DNA from: Malacoraja senta
Lineage: Eukaryota
Assembly: GCA_038087875.1 (NCBI GenBank)
Contig: CM075988.1
Location: forward strand, 21,702,001 to 21,766,000
Direction of reading: 5' to 3'
DNA length: 64,000 bases
Numbering within the stretch: position 1 is the stretch's first letter; each line of letters starts with the position of its first letter. The position numbers and the translations under genes were made by a program. A model generated the notes under the pieces. The model was not told where the DNA came from and did no database searches. It saw only the letters and a program-made list of their open reading frames with translations. This document shows, in pieces, positions 1 through 12,701 of this stretch.

Positions 1-919
1 GTTTGCATGTCCTCTCTGCGACCGTATGGGTTCCCGTGCGTGTTTGCAGGTTAATTGGCCCTCTGTAGGTTGCCCCTGGTGTGTAGCGAGTGGATGAGAA
101 AGTGAGATAATGTGAGGTGGTGAATGTGTGGCATTCTTTGCCACAGAAGGCTGTGGAGGCAAAGTCAATGGATATATTTAAGGCAGAGATAGATAGATTC
201 TTGATTAGTACGGGTGTCAGAGGTCATGGGGAGAAGGCAGGAGAATGGGGTTAGGAGGGGAGAGATAGACCAGCCATGGTTGAATGGCGGAGTAGACTTG
301 ATGGGCTGAATGGCCCACGTCTGCTCCTATCTCTTATGATCTTAGGGACTCGTGTGGACTGGTTGGTGTGGACTCTGTGGTCTGTTGGTGTGGGAAGGAA
401 CTGCAGGTGCTGGTTTACACCGAAGATAGACACAAAATGCTGGAGTAACTCAGCGGGACAGGCAGCATGTATGGAGAGAAGGAAAGGGTGACGTTTTGTG
501 TCGAGGCCCTTGCACCAGTTTTAGTCATTTGCAAGATATTTCCTTCCTGCTGCACTGCTCACCAATGTTCTCTGTTACAGTACATGAAGATCTGAATCAT
601 TAAACCTGCAATTCCAGTCACATAATCTCATTAGCCGCTTCCAATTACTTGTGGTATCCTTCTAGACATTACTTGTTTGAAGGTATTATTATAACCCTGA
701 TACCTTAGACCTAAACGAGAGTTTAGAATTTACCCATAGAATTGGTTACGCAGTATTCTAATGGTGTTCTGTTCAACTTTTGATGGGAATTTATTTATTC
801 TGCTGTTCGATATCGACAGGCCTGGGCACTGAACTGATGCACTGAAGCCAGGTGGGACAACACCAACTCAATTCTTCTGCAGAGTGACTTGGGTTGGCAG
901 GTTTCTTAGTAAAAATACA

Positions 920-1272
920 ACACAGATCACGAGGGGAATAGAAAAGGCTGACAGTCTTTTACCCAGAGTAGGGGAACCAAGAACCAGGCGACATGGGTTT
1001 GAGGTGAGAGGGGAAAGATTTAATAGGAACCTGAGGGGCAGCTTTTTCACACAGAGTGCGGTGGGTAAACGGAATGAGTTGTCAGAGGAGGTAGTCGAGG
1101 CAGGAGCTATAACAACATCGAAAAGACACTTGTACAGGTATATGGATACGAAAGATTTAGAAGCATAAGGGCCAAATGCAGGCATGTGGGGCTGGTGTAG
1201 ATGGGGCATCTTGGTCAACATGGGCATGTTGGGCTGAAGGGCCTGTTTCCATGCTGTACCACTCTATGACTC
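920..1272 (+). mobile_element. CR1 LINE 3' fragment
   Basis: RGIEKADSLLPRVGEPRTRRH...FFTQSAVG; 3' end GGGCTGAAGGGCCTGTTTCC shared with the HE1 tail. Confidence 0.85.
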
Positions 1273-1844
1273 TTCCCCTCATCTCTGTACCATCACCAGC
1301 TTTAAATATTTATCTAACTCTTCTTAACTTGCAACGCTCCTTACACTTGTAGGAGCCTCATCTCAGTCCAATTATGGATTTAGGGACATCTAACTCTTTT
1401 TTCTACTTCCTTCCTTACTCAATTAATTTCTTGATCTCCCTTCACCTTGGTACAAGGGCTTTTTTTTTTTTTAATCTTTCACTATCTCCTATTCTCCTGT
1501 TAATATTTCATGACTGTGTATTTCTGACAAGCTTCCCTTGCAAGATCACCTTCACCAGAGCTGTTCTTTCCTTTGCTGATTACATATCTAAATTTAGCAG
1601 CCTAGATCGCGGTCCTTCCCCACAAACCCTGTGCAGTGGCTGCTCCAAGCTTCATACCCTCCACCGCTTGTACTCCTGCACCTTGGGACATGCCTGATGA
1701 TAGCATTCGCCAGCAGCCATCCCCTTGCACTGCACGGCCAACCGTGGCACAGCTGGTAGAGGCTGCCACCCAACGGTGCCAAAGACCCGGGTTTGCGCCT
1801 GACCTTGGGTGCTGTCTGTGTGGAGTTTGCAAAGGCAGCCAACA

Positions 1845-2437
1845 TTCATCGGAGACCCACACCATCCGGGCCTCACACGTATTTGTTCAAGAAGGAACTG
1901 CAGATGCTGGAGAATCGAAGGTAGACAAAATTGCTGGAGAAACTCAGCGAGTGCGGCAGCATCTATGGAGCGAAGGAAATAGGCAACGTTTCGTCTCGAA
2001 ACGCTGCCTATTTCCTTCGCTCCATAGATGCTGCCGCACCCGCTGAGTTTCTCCAGCAATTTTGTCTATCTCACACTTATTTCACCACTGCCATCGGGAA
2101 GAAGGTACAGGAGCCTGAAAACTGTAACGTCCAGGTTCAGGAACTGCTTCTTCCCTGCAGCCATCAGGCTATTAAACACAACAACCTCATATAAGTTCTG
2201 AACTACAATAGACTATTATTATTATTATTGTTGCACTATTTTGTGTGTTTTTGAGTATGTGTGTAGGTGTATATAAATATATTATCAACATGTGTATATA
2301 TACACTCTGAACTTTTCTTTTTTCTCTCTCGTTTATCATATCACACGATGTTTACTTGTTCTGTTGTGCTGCAGCAAGTAAGAATTTCATTGTTCTATCC
2401 GGGATACATGACAATAAAACACTGTTGACTCTTGACT
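1845..2437 (+). mobile_element. Rex1/Babar-like 3' fragment interrupted by a fold-back element
   Basis: DPHHP...LPSGRRYRSLKTVTSRFRNCFFP remnant; (CTTGACT)n tail. Confidence 0.8.
1885..2068. mobile_element. Penelope-derived fold-back element
   Basis: Inverted arms around GTTTCGTCTCGAAAC; TCACAC on both flanks. Confidence 0.8.
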
Positions 2438-2499
2438 CGTCCCCCTGTGACCGCGTGATCTAGATTCCTCGCACATCGCACAGCCTCGCTTTTCCTTAA

Positions 2500-2796
2500 G
2501 ACTTTAGAGATACATTATGGAAACAGGCCCTTGGGCCCACCGAGTCCGGTCTGACCCGCGATCTCCCTGTCCGTTAGCACTAATGTGCTTCACTCTGGGA
2601 ACAATTTACAATTTTACAAAAGCCAATTAAAGCTACAAATCCTGGACGTCTTTGGAGTGTGGGAGGAAACCGGAGCACCCGGAGTAAACCCACGTGGGTC
2701 ATGGGGAGAGCGTGCAAACTCCCAACAGACAGCGCCCGTGGTCAGGATCGAACCCGGGTCTCTGGCGCTGTGAGGCAGCAACTCTACCGCTGCGCC
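2500..2796 (-). mobile_element. HE1-type SINE
   Basis: Reverse complement of the HE1 consensus features. Confidence 0.88.
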
Positions 2797-3355
2797 TCTT
2801 CCTGCGATGGAGTTGGGGAATTGATACCCCACAGTTAATGTCCCAGTTTATTCAAAGCCTGAGCCAGGATGTCACTGGATTAACTATTACTAACTGCCTT
2901 AAGGGATGATGAACAAACTGAAGGGTGACCTTTTGAAGATTACCAGATGAAATCTCATACAGCAATTATAAAAATTGCTCTGCCTCAAGTTTTAATAGAT
3001 TCGCTGGCTTTTTATCTTTCATTCCATGCTAAATGGATTGTATTTTCTCTGTTTAAATTTGCATTTATAAAATCTAACTCCTTTATGCAAATTGAGGAAG
3101 CTAAACTATATCAAACTCTGAAGCCAACTAGGACAGTGATAATATTGTTCAGTTCCTCTACTTGTTTCTCCAAGCAGAAGCTATTGTGCAAAGACACAGA
3201 GGAGGGAACCGTGGCAATGATCCATAATAAACCGCACCAGGCGTATTAGTCGGAGGGTGGTGAATCTGTGGAATTCATTGCCACAGAAGGCCGTGGAGGC
3301 CAAGCCAAGGGACATTTTTAAGGCAGAGGTCGATAGATTCTTGATTAGTACGGGT

Positions 3356-4136
3356 AGGGTAGCCAACTTTCTCACTCCCAAATAAGAGGCAAAAGGTCAA
3401 AATAAGGGACAAATTCCTTGGCCTCAAAGGCTGGCAGTATCATCAAGGACCCACACCATCCTGGCCACACACTCATCTCCCTACTACCTTCAGGTAGAAG
3501 GTACAGGAGCCTGAAGACTGCAACGACCAGGTTCAGGAATAGCTACTTCCCCACAGCTATCAGGCTACTAAACCTGGCTCGGACAAAACACTGAACTTTA
3601 TTAGCCAATTAACTGTTATTTGCACTTCATCAGTATATTGATTCATGTGTGTATATATTTATAGAATGCCTTGTAGTCAATGCCTTCTATATCCTGTTGT
3701 GCTGAAGCAAAGCAAGAATTTCATTGTCCTATCAGGGACACATGTGAATTCTCCCAATTCTGCTAGCCCTTGCTGTCCCCTCCCCTTCATCAGCCCTCTG
3801 GTTGTCTCCTCCCCTCCCCCAGCCCTCGGGCTCCTCCTCCGCCTTTTTCCTTTTTTCCTTTCTTCCCCCCACCCCCTATCAGTCTGAAGAAGGGTTTCGG
3901 CCCGAAACGTTACCTATTTCCTTCGCTCCATAGATGCTGCTGCACCCGCTGAGTTTCTCCAGCATTGTTGTGTACCTTCGATTTTCCAGCATCTGCAGTT
4001 CCTTCTTTAACACAATAAACTCACTTGACTTGACTTGACTTGAAATTCCCAAGGACTCGGCCGTGGCTGGGTGAATGATGAGATGGCCCGGGTGCTGGAC
4101 TGCACACAAAGCCCAGCCGGCGGGCCAGCTGAGGAG
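3356..4136 (+). mobile_element. hAT-like element left end (TAGGGTAGCCAAC), interrupted by Rex1 and Penelope pieces
   Basis: Terminus resembles TAGGGTTGCCA-type hAT ends; sequence appears to resume at AAATTCC ~4043. Confidence 0.5.
3420..3745 (+). mobile_element. Rex1/Babar-like LINE 3' fragment
   Basis: IIKDPHHPGHTLISLLPSGRRYRSLKTATTRFRNSYFPTAIRLLN, the typical Rex1 C-terminus. Confidence 0.85.
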
Positions 4137-4779
4137 TAACTCAGTGGGTCAGGCAGCATCTCTGGAGGAAAGGAATAGGTGGCGTTTCGGGTCGAGACCC
4201 TTCTTCAGACTGAGAGTCAGGGGAGAGGGAACCTGGAGCTATGAAAAAGTTTGGAACAAAGCCTCGTGTTTTTGTGCTGTATCGCATTATGACGCTTGCG
4301 CTTCCTCAATGCAGTTATTTTTTTTTTAAATCTATTGCACTGTAAGTGCCGAGAAGCATTCGGAGTAAAAGTGATTGCAGTAGGTAGGTTCGTGTAAAGC
4401 ATTTTTCGCTGGAACCACTCCTTTAACTCTGTGAGAAGGGAGGTGTGTGTGGGCCAGATCGGAGTTGTGCTTGTGTCTTGTCATCCGGTGTCAGCTGCAG
4501 GTTTTGGCTCAGTTCACATGGTTTGTACGCGTTCAGCATTCTTCACTGTGGCATTGATGTGAATTGGCAGCAATGCTGAGCGGAAACATTCCACGGTTAT
4601 TTATGGAAAGAATCAACCTCCTAAACGACAAGTGCTGCAAATGTAGGCTTTGATAGGAAGTCTGTTTTCCAATTAGGTTTTGGCTGAACATCCCCACTCC
4701 GTCAGAATCACAGTGGTTGCACAGCACAGAGGGAGGCCATTCGGTCCATTGTGTTTATACTGGCTCTATATACAATACT

Positions 4780-5100
4780 GTTTATTGTCATTTGAACCTC
4801 AAATGAAGTTCAAACGAAATTTGGTTTCTGCAGTCATGCAACAGGAAAAGAACCAAGACACAACACAATTTACACAAACATCCATCACAGTGAATCTCCT
4901 CCCCACCGTGATGGAAGGCAAAGTCTTGTCTCTCCCCTGCACTCCCCATTCTTCTCCCGATGTCAAAGTCAAAGCCAAAGTCAAAGCCCCCCCGGCGGGC
5001 GATGGTAAGTAAGTCCCGCGGCCATTAAGGCCGCGCCGGGCGATGCAAGGCCGCACTCCGGGTCTTGACGTTGGAGCCCCCGGCGGGTGCTAGCAAGTCC
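4780..5100 (-). mobile_element. GC-rich non-autonomous retroelement 3' part
   Basis: Homologous to 59760-60070. Confidence 0.65.
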
Positions 5101-5144
5101 TGCATTTTTTGATGGAACCACTCCTTTAACTCTGTGAGAAGGGA

Positions 5145-5306
5145 GGTGTATATAGGTGTATCTAGGTGTATATAGGTGTATATAGGTGTATATAGGTGTA
5201 TATAGGTGTATATAGGTGTATATAGGTGTATATAGGTGTATATAGGTGTATATAGGTGTATATAGGTGTATATAGGTGTATATAGGTGTATATAGGTGTA
5301 TATAGG
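5145..5306. repeat. (TATAGGTGTA)n 10-bp minisatellite, ~15 units
   Basis: Seen directly; one variant unit. Confidence 0.97.
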
Positions 5307-5659
5307 AGCAAGCTAGTTCTCGCTCCCTCATTCTCACCCATATCCCTTCAAATCCTCTCCTTCTCTGATACCTACCCAGTTCCATCTTGAAAATGACAGT
5401 GGAATCAACCTCCTTCTCTCTGACACTCCATTTCAGACCCTCTTACAGCGTGAGAAAATATTTTCTCAGATATTTATCGGGAGGAATAGCAGATGCTGGA
5501 TTAAACCAAAGATAGACACGAAAAGCTGGAGTAACTTAGCGGGACAGGCAGCATCTCTAGAGAGAAAGAATGGGCGACGTTTCTGGTCGATACCATTCTT
5601 CAGACTGACTTTTGCGTCTATTTTCAGTACGAACCAGCATCCGCAGTACCTTCCTACGC

Positions 5660-6345
5660 GGTTTAGTTTATTGTCCACGTGTACCGAAGTACAGTGAAAA
5701 CCTTGGTGTGCTGTCCGGTCAGCGGAAAGACTAGACATGATTACAATGGACAGTGCCGCCCACAGTGTACAGTGTACAGATACATGATGAAGGGACTAAC
5801 AAAGTGAATGACACAAAATGCTGGAGTAACTCAGGCAGCATCTCTGGAGAGAAGGAATGGGTGACGTTTCGGGTCGAGACCATCATTTAACGCAAGGTAA
5901 AGTCCAATTAAAGATAGTCCGAGGGTCTCCATTGAGGTCAAGTCAAGTCAAGTCACTTTTATTTCTATAGCACATTTAAAAAACAACTCTCGTTGACCAA
6001 AGTGCTTTACATTGGTGGAGGTACTAACGTTATACAACAGTGGTTCATCGATTAAGTACATACATAAATACATACATATAGCCCTCCCTCAGAGGACGTC
6101 AAGAAAGGCTTGAGAGTAAAGATGAGTTTTAAGTCTCGACCTAAAGGAGTCGATGGAGGGGGCAGTTCTGATGGGAAGAGGGATGGGTAGATAGTAATTT
6201 GAAACTGCTCTCTAGTTGGTGATAGGATGGTTCAGTTGCCTGATAACAGCTGGGAAGAAACTGTCCCTGAATCTGGAGGTGTGCGTGTTTTTCTGTAACC
6301 TCTTGCCTGATGGGAGAGGGGAGAAGAGGGAGTGACTGGGGCGAG
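5660..6345 (-). mobile_element. Rex1/Babar-like 3' fragment with nested insertions
   Basis: Minus-strand homology to 37100-37475, broken by insertions at ~5806-5880 and ~5938-6184. Confidence 0.75.
5938..6184 (-). mobile_element. L2-like LINE 3' end
   Basis: Minus strand ...TGTAAAGCACTTTGGTCAAC...AAATGTGCTATAGAAATAAA followed by (GACTT)n, an L2-type stem-loop and tail. Confidence 0.7.
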
Positions 6346-7395
6346 ACTGTTCCACTCATCTCATAAGCACGCTCATGAAGTGTTTGGCACATATCCTGCA
6401 TTATTGATGTCCTGGAAAATCTTCCGAATGTTCTTCAGGAAAGGAATGAAGATGTACTTGCTAGGTAGACAAAAATGCTGGAGAAACTCAGCGGGTGAGG
6501 CAGCATCTATGGAGCGAAGGAATAGGTGACGTTTTGGGTCTCACCCGCTGAGTTTCTCCAGCATTTTTGTCTACCTTCGATTTTTCCAGCATCTGCAGTT
6601 CTTTCTTAAACAATATGGATTTGTTAAATCACACTTATCATGGCATTTCAATCCCAGCTCTTGCTGTGGAAAGGTATGAAAGGTTTTAAGATCAAGCTTT
6701 CTACCTTAAAAAATAATTTCACTGTTTCAAGCTGTAGATTGGTTATTGCATATGAACCAATCATAGTAGAAATAGCATCACTAACCCCACCTTACTGGAT
6801 GCTATATACTAACACCCACTTCCTACACTGGGTAGTCCTGTAAGCGGTGATGATGAACTAACAACTAACAACCCACATGTACTGCAATATTAAGTGTATC
6901 AATCAAAGATGACTTTAAACTCCAGACTGTGTCATATAATTATTTACACAAGCAAAGACCAAAAATCAAAGAACAAATTGCTGGTTAACCCAGGGGGTCG
7001 GGCAGTGTGTGTGGACGCAAAGAGGTGGTTGACGTTTCCGGTTGAGACCCCACATCGGGACTGGGAGTGCAGAGCGGAGCTAAGCAGTATAAAGAGGTGA
7101 TGGGGGGGGGGGGCGGGGGGAGAGGTGAGGGAGTGTCCCTGGTTACCCCCTCCCCTCTCCCCACCTGCACCCATCTACTGATTATTTTCACTGTCCCTAT
7201 GTGTCTTTACCCATCACCCCTCTACTTTCCCTCTCCCCTGACTCTTGGTCTGAAGAAGGGTCTCAACTGGAGATAAACACAAATTGCTGGAGTAACTCAG
7301 TGGGACAGGCAGCATCTCTGGAGAGGAGGAATGGGTATGTTTCGAGTGAAGAAGGGTCCCGACCCGAAACGTCACCTATTCCTTTTCTCCAGAGA

Positions 7396-7831
7396 CTCTG
7401 CGTGGACTTCACCGTGGATTGTCACCTTGTCGTGGTGGAGAAGCTTGTTTGGACCTGAGATCCTGAGAGCGATGCCGTCTGGAGCGATGCCCCTGGTAGG
7501 GCCACCCATGGCGGTAATGTCGAGGGGGAGGTCTCTGACAAAGAGCAATCCAACCAAGACCTCAATGGTGGAACAGGCGGAGGGCGATGGCTGACCTTAG
7601 TGGAGCGTCACAACAGCTGGGAAGGCGGATGAAGGCTGCAGCAGAAAAGGGTCTCCGGTCGTCTTGGACTCCATGCCACTGGATCCTGACCCAGATCTGT
7701 CAAGGACCGTGGGGTGGCTGTTTGTGCACCAGTCTCCCCACGTTACACAAAGTTATGCACAGGCGTCCTCCATATAGGGAATAGCTCCCCGGTGACACCC
7801 ATGGTCAGCCATGACCGAAGGGGGCCTAAGA
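7396..7831 (+). mobile_element. RTE-clade 5'UTR-derived SINE-like element
   Basis: CACCTTGTCGTGGTGG...GCCCCTGGTAGGGCCACCCA...CTGACAAAGAGC resembles Rex3/Expander/BovB 5' regions; AGAGA TSD; TAAGAAG tail. Confidence 0.7.
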
Positions 7832-9229
7832 AGAGATGCTGCCTGACCCGCTGAGTTCCTCTAGCAGTTTGTGTCTATCTTAGCTGAAGAATTCCATCAG
7901 TCTATACTGTGGCTGTGTGTATGAAGGAATCAAACTAATCAATACCTTTGCATGGAACCCAATTTTGACATTTGCTTCATAGATTTGAGGAATGGACTTT
8001 CCTATTGCTGCACCTTGCACTGAGAAAACACATTTATTTTACTTGTACAATCATAGTAATTTTTAACTTCCGTTAGAAAACAGTGACAAGATATCACGCA
8101 AAGTGGGGTTGGAAAAAACCTGGATTGCTTTCTCAGGAACGGCAGAGGTTGAGAGAAGTATATATAATCGTGAGAGGCATAGAAAGGGTATACAGTCGGA
8201 AGCATTTTCCCAGGATGGAAATGTCAAATACCAGAGGGTTTTTGATGGGCAGATGTTTGGACAAAGGCCAGAGAAGAAATGACTGAAGGTGTAATGGGTG
8301 CTTGTCAGGAAAGTGTTTGTATGTTCTCCCCTGGACCAGCGTGGGATTTCTCCGAGATCTTCGCTTTCCACCCGCACTCCAAAGACATCCAGGTCTGTGG
8401 GTTATTTGGCTTGGTATAAATTTTCCGCAGTGTGTGTAGGGTAACGTTAATGTGCGGGGATCGCTGGTCGGTGCGGACGCGGTGGGCCGAAGGGCCTGTT
8501 TCCGCACTGTACCTCTAACCTAGACTAGGATTGAAGGGTGGCGAGTTGTGAAGCTGGAGGAAGGAAGGGGTTGGGGAAGGGAGAAACAGATAAGGGTCCT
8601 GTGGTAGGTGGGGTAGAGGGGACACAGGGAGAGAGAGAAGGAACAGCACTCTGGAAACATCTTCTGTGCTCTCTCCAAAGCCTCTGCACCCTGCGACAGG
8701 GTGACCAAAATTGCACACAATCCTCCAAATTCACACCAACTAAAGTTTTGTAAAGCTGCAAGAGTTAATAAAGATTCATCATTCAGGATTTATGTCTGAA
8801 ATATCTTTCATATTCTTGTGGCTTTGTTTGTGTTCTCTGCCTACTAATAATGCATTGGGAATTTACAGCAGAAGTTGAAGATGACAACAGCATGAAGCCA
8901 CAGCTCCCATTAAAGCTCACATTATGAGCTAACTAAATAGATTTAACCACAGAAAAATACCAACCATAGACACCAATTAAAATTAAACACGTCAATGATT
9001 AATCTTTTAAAGATGCTAAGGTATGAATCTGCATAATTTCTCTATATTTTTTTATAAATTCCCTTTCATCTTTCATGAGCATGACCAAGGGTGCAGCCTT
9101 AATGTAATTTTCTGAAACAGTTCCTTCGTGAACCGACGCGGGGCCTGATGTTTGTCGAGCAAAATACAAAGTGCTGGAGTAACTCTGTGAAGGGAATGGA
9201 CGGTGGTTCACATCAGGACCCAAAACATT

Positions 9230-9478
9230 GTGTGTAGGAAGGAACTGCAGATGCTGGTTTACACCGAAGATAGACACAAAGTGCTGGAGCAACTGAGCGG
9301 GTCAGGCAGTAACCTCTGGGGAAAAGGAATTGGGGACATTTCGGGTCGAGACCCTTCTTCAATCTGAGAGTCCGGACTCTCAGTCTGAAGAGGGGACTCG
9401 ACCCCAAAATCCCCTGTTCCTTTTCCCCAGAGGTTACTGCCTGACCAGCTGAGTTACTCCAGCACTTTGTCTATCTTT
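9230..9478. mobile_element. Penelope-derived fold-back element
   Basis: Inverted arms around the palindrome CTGAGAGTCCGGACTCTCAG. Confidence 0.8.
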
Positions 9479-9610
9479 GACCAATAACATTAGCCTACCC
9501 AGCTAATGTATCTAGTCTGGAGCCTGAGGTTGGATTTTCTCATTGACGTGAGAATTCGTTGGATTTCAGAGACAGGACTTGATTGATTTTTGTACTGTTT
9601 ATTATTTGTA

Positions 9611-9898
9611 GGCGGCTCGGTGGCCAAGCGGTAGACTTGCTGCTTTACAGCGCCAGAGACCCGGGTTTGATTCTGACTACAGCCACTCTGTTTGGAGTTT
9701 GGATGTTCTCCCCGTGACCTGCGTGGGTTTTCTCTAGTATCATCCCACACTGCAAAGACGTGCAGGTTTGTAGGCTGATTGACTTCGATAAAAAGTGTAA
9801 ATTGTCCATGGCGTGTGTAGAATGGTGTTAGTGTGCAGGGAGCGCGGACTTGGTGGGGCAAAGGGCGTATTTCCGCGCGGTATCTCTAAACAAAACTA
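9611..9898 (+). mobile_element. HE1-type SINE
   Basis: A/B boxes, V-domain and tail. Confidence 0.85.
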
Positions 9899-10281
9899 TT
9901 TAGGGTTTTACAGAGTACTGTTTACATATCTGCTGTGCTGCTGCAAGAAGTTTGTTGTTCTGCTTCGGGGACATATGACAATAAAACACTCTTGACTGAG
10001 TCTCTTGTCTGGAGTGTGCGGGCAGTCAGGTTGTTGTACTGAGTGCTGCAGGAATGGCTATGAGGCTGCAGTGGTGATGTGTTGGAAACTCTGTGATGTT
10101 GCCCCGGGTGACCTTTAATGGCCGGGACAAGTGGAGGTGGGACACGGAGAGGATCCCATTCCAAGATCCTTCCCCCATGGATGCTGCTCAACCAAATGGG
10201 AATAAAGATGAAGTGGAGAGAGCTTCATTGTCATGAGTACTGAAACAGAACCATGAAATCCTTGCTTGCACATTTGATGTT

Positions 10282-10641
10282 GGGCGGCGCAGTTGGTCCG
10301 GAGGTTGAATAGCTGCCTCACAGCGCCAGGGACCCGGGTTCGATCCTGACTATGGGTGCTTGTCTGCGCGGAGTTTGCACGTTCTCCCTGTAACCGTGTG
10401 GGTTTCCTCCGGGTGCTCTGGTTTCCTTCTACATTCCAAAGAAAAAAAAATCAATTTCACTGTACCTAGGTACTTGTGACAATAAAGTATAATTGAAGAC
10501 GTGCAGGTTTGTAGGTTAATTGGCTTCTGTAAATTATACAGAATGTGTGTAGAATAGAACTAGTGTGAATGGGTGATCGTTGGTCGGCACGGACTCGGTG
10601 GGCCGAGGGCCTGTTTCCCCGCTGTATCTCTAAACTAAACC
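10282..10641 (+). mobile_element. HE1-type SINE with small internal insertion
   Basis: A/B boxes, V-domain and tail. Confidence 0.85.
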
Positions 10642-10654
10642 AACTCCAGCTGAG

Positions 10655-11570
10655 GCAATGCAGAGAATTGTGGTACGCAGCCCAGCCCAGCCCATCACAC
10701 GAACCAACCTCCCTTGCATTGGTTCTATTTATACCTCACACTGCCTCGGCAAGGCCAGCTGCATAATCAAGGATCAGTCTCAATAGATAATAGACAATAG
10801 GTGCAGGAGTAGGCCATTTGGCCCTTCGAACCAGCACCGCCATTCAATGTGATCATGGCTGATCATCCCCAATCAGTACCCCGTTCCTGCCTTCTCCCCA
10901 TATCCCCTGACTCCGCTATTTTTAAGAGCCCTATTTAGCTCTCTCTTGAAAGCATCCAGAGAACCCGCCTCCACCGCCCTCTGAGGCAGAGAATTCCACA
11001 GACTCACCACTCTCTGTGAGAAAAAGTGTTTCCTCGTCTCCGTTCTAAATGGCTTACTCCTTATTCTTAAACTGTGGCCCCTGGTTCCGGACTCCCCCAA
11101 CATCGGCAACATGTTTCCTGCCTCTAGCGTGTCCAAGCCCTTAACAATCTTATATGTTTCAACCTTATATGTTTCAATCTTATATGTCTCACCCCGGTCA
11201 CTCCCTCTTCTCCCCTCTCCCATCGGCCAAGAGGTACAGAAGTGTAAAAACGTACACCTCCAGTTTCAGGGACAGTTTCTTCCCAACTGTTTGTTATCAG
11301 GCAATTGAATCATCCTATCAACAACTAGAGAGCGGTCCTGAACTACCATCTACCTCATTGGAGACCTGCAGACTATCTGTGATCGGACATTAATTGCTTT
11401 ATCTTGGACTATGCCTTCCTCGCGTTATTCGCCTTATCATGTATCTGATCCGTACACGGTGGACAGCTCGATTGTAATCATGTATTGTCTTTCCGCTGAC
11501 TGGTTAGCACGCAACAAAAGCTTTTCACTGTACCTCGGTCCACGTGACAATAAACAATAAACTACACTAA
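10655..11570 (+). mobile_element. Rex1/Babar-like 3' fragment split by a CR1 insertion
   Basis: SHPGHSLFSPLPSAKRYRSVKTYTSSFRDSFFP; 3' end TTTTCACTGTACCTCGGT.CACGTGACAATAAAC. Confidence 0.85.
10782..11186 (-). mobile_element. Young CR1/HER1 3' fragment inserted in a Rex1 fragment
   Basis: ETYKIVKGLDTLEAGNMLPMLGES...FFSQRVVSLWNSLPQ. Confidence 0.9.
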
Positions 11571-12701
11571 CGGTTAGGCAAGAAATGGAATACTCTTCAA
11601 TAGACAATAGGTGCAGGAGTAGGCCATTCGGCCCTTTGAGCCAGCACCGCCATTCAATGTGATCGTGGCTGAGTGAATGCAGCTACAACAACTCTCAAGA
11701 TCTCAAGAGTCAAGAGTGTTTTGTTGTCATGTGTCCCAGATAGAACAATGAAATTCGTACTTGCTGTAGCACAACAGAATATGTGTCGGAAGGGACTGCA
11801 GATGCTGGTTTAAATCAAAGAGAGCCACAAAATGCTGGAGTAACTCAGCGGGACAGGCAGCATCTCTGGAGAGAAGGAATGGGTGACGTTTCGGGTCGAG
11901 ACGTCTGAAGAAGGGTCTTGGCCCGAAACGTCACCAGTTCCTTCTCTCAAGATCTCTACACTTTCCAGGACAGCAATCCATCAGCAAACCCTATAAATAA
12001 ACATAATTAAACCAAACTGGAGCATACACCTGTGCTCAGACCTTGTTCTCAGCCAGGGTGGTCCAGGGCCATCAGGGTGGACCACTACTGATCTCTTCTG
12101 CTCTCAGATCAATATCCAGATTCCCTTTGTATGCTCGTCTCGATGAGAGCGGCTGTGCGCTGATATGATCGAGGCGGATTGACACATATTACCGCAGGTT
12201 AATGGCTGGAGGCTGAAAGTCATTATAACCGGTGACAGCCCCAAACGCTCACAGATAGTCTTCCTGGCTGTGATTTCAAACCACTCTCTACTGATCACTC
12301 CAGAGACAATGCAGCACAGAGTTTGCACCCTGCTCCCAGTGCATGCCAATGCCTTTGTGCATTGCATGCAGCACGTTGTAACTGAAGCTTTATTGCAATT
12401 AGCCTCTCCTCTCCTGGAAGTTTCAGTTCTGCGCGTGCGTTGATAGGAGGAGAACGAGTTCACGATCGTCTGAGGAAGGGTCCCGATCCGAAATGTCGAC
12501 TGTCGATTCCCTCCGCAGATGCTGCCTGACCCGCTGAGTTCCTCCAGCACTTTGTGTTATGAGATTCTGATAGTTTGAAGAACTTAGTTAAAAGAGTATA
12601 AATAAAAGTGAAACAAGCACAGAATCATCTAAGAGCTAGGGGCAGCACAGTGGCACAATGCTGCCTCACAGCTCCAGAGACCCAGGTTCGATCTTGACTA
12701 T

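Noticed and set aside
4530..4582. Possible pre-miRNA hairpin (GTTCAGCATT...AATGCTGAGC)
   Set aside because: Only ~11 bp of stem with a poorly paired interior, and no miRNA that I recognise.
5145..5306. CRISPR-like or telomere-like array
   Set aside because: Head-to-tail 10-mer without spacers, not TTAGGG, in a eukaryotic context.
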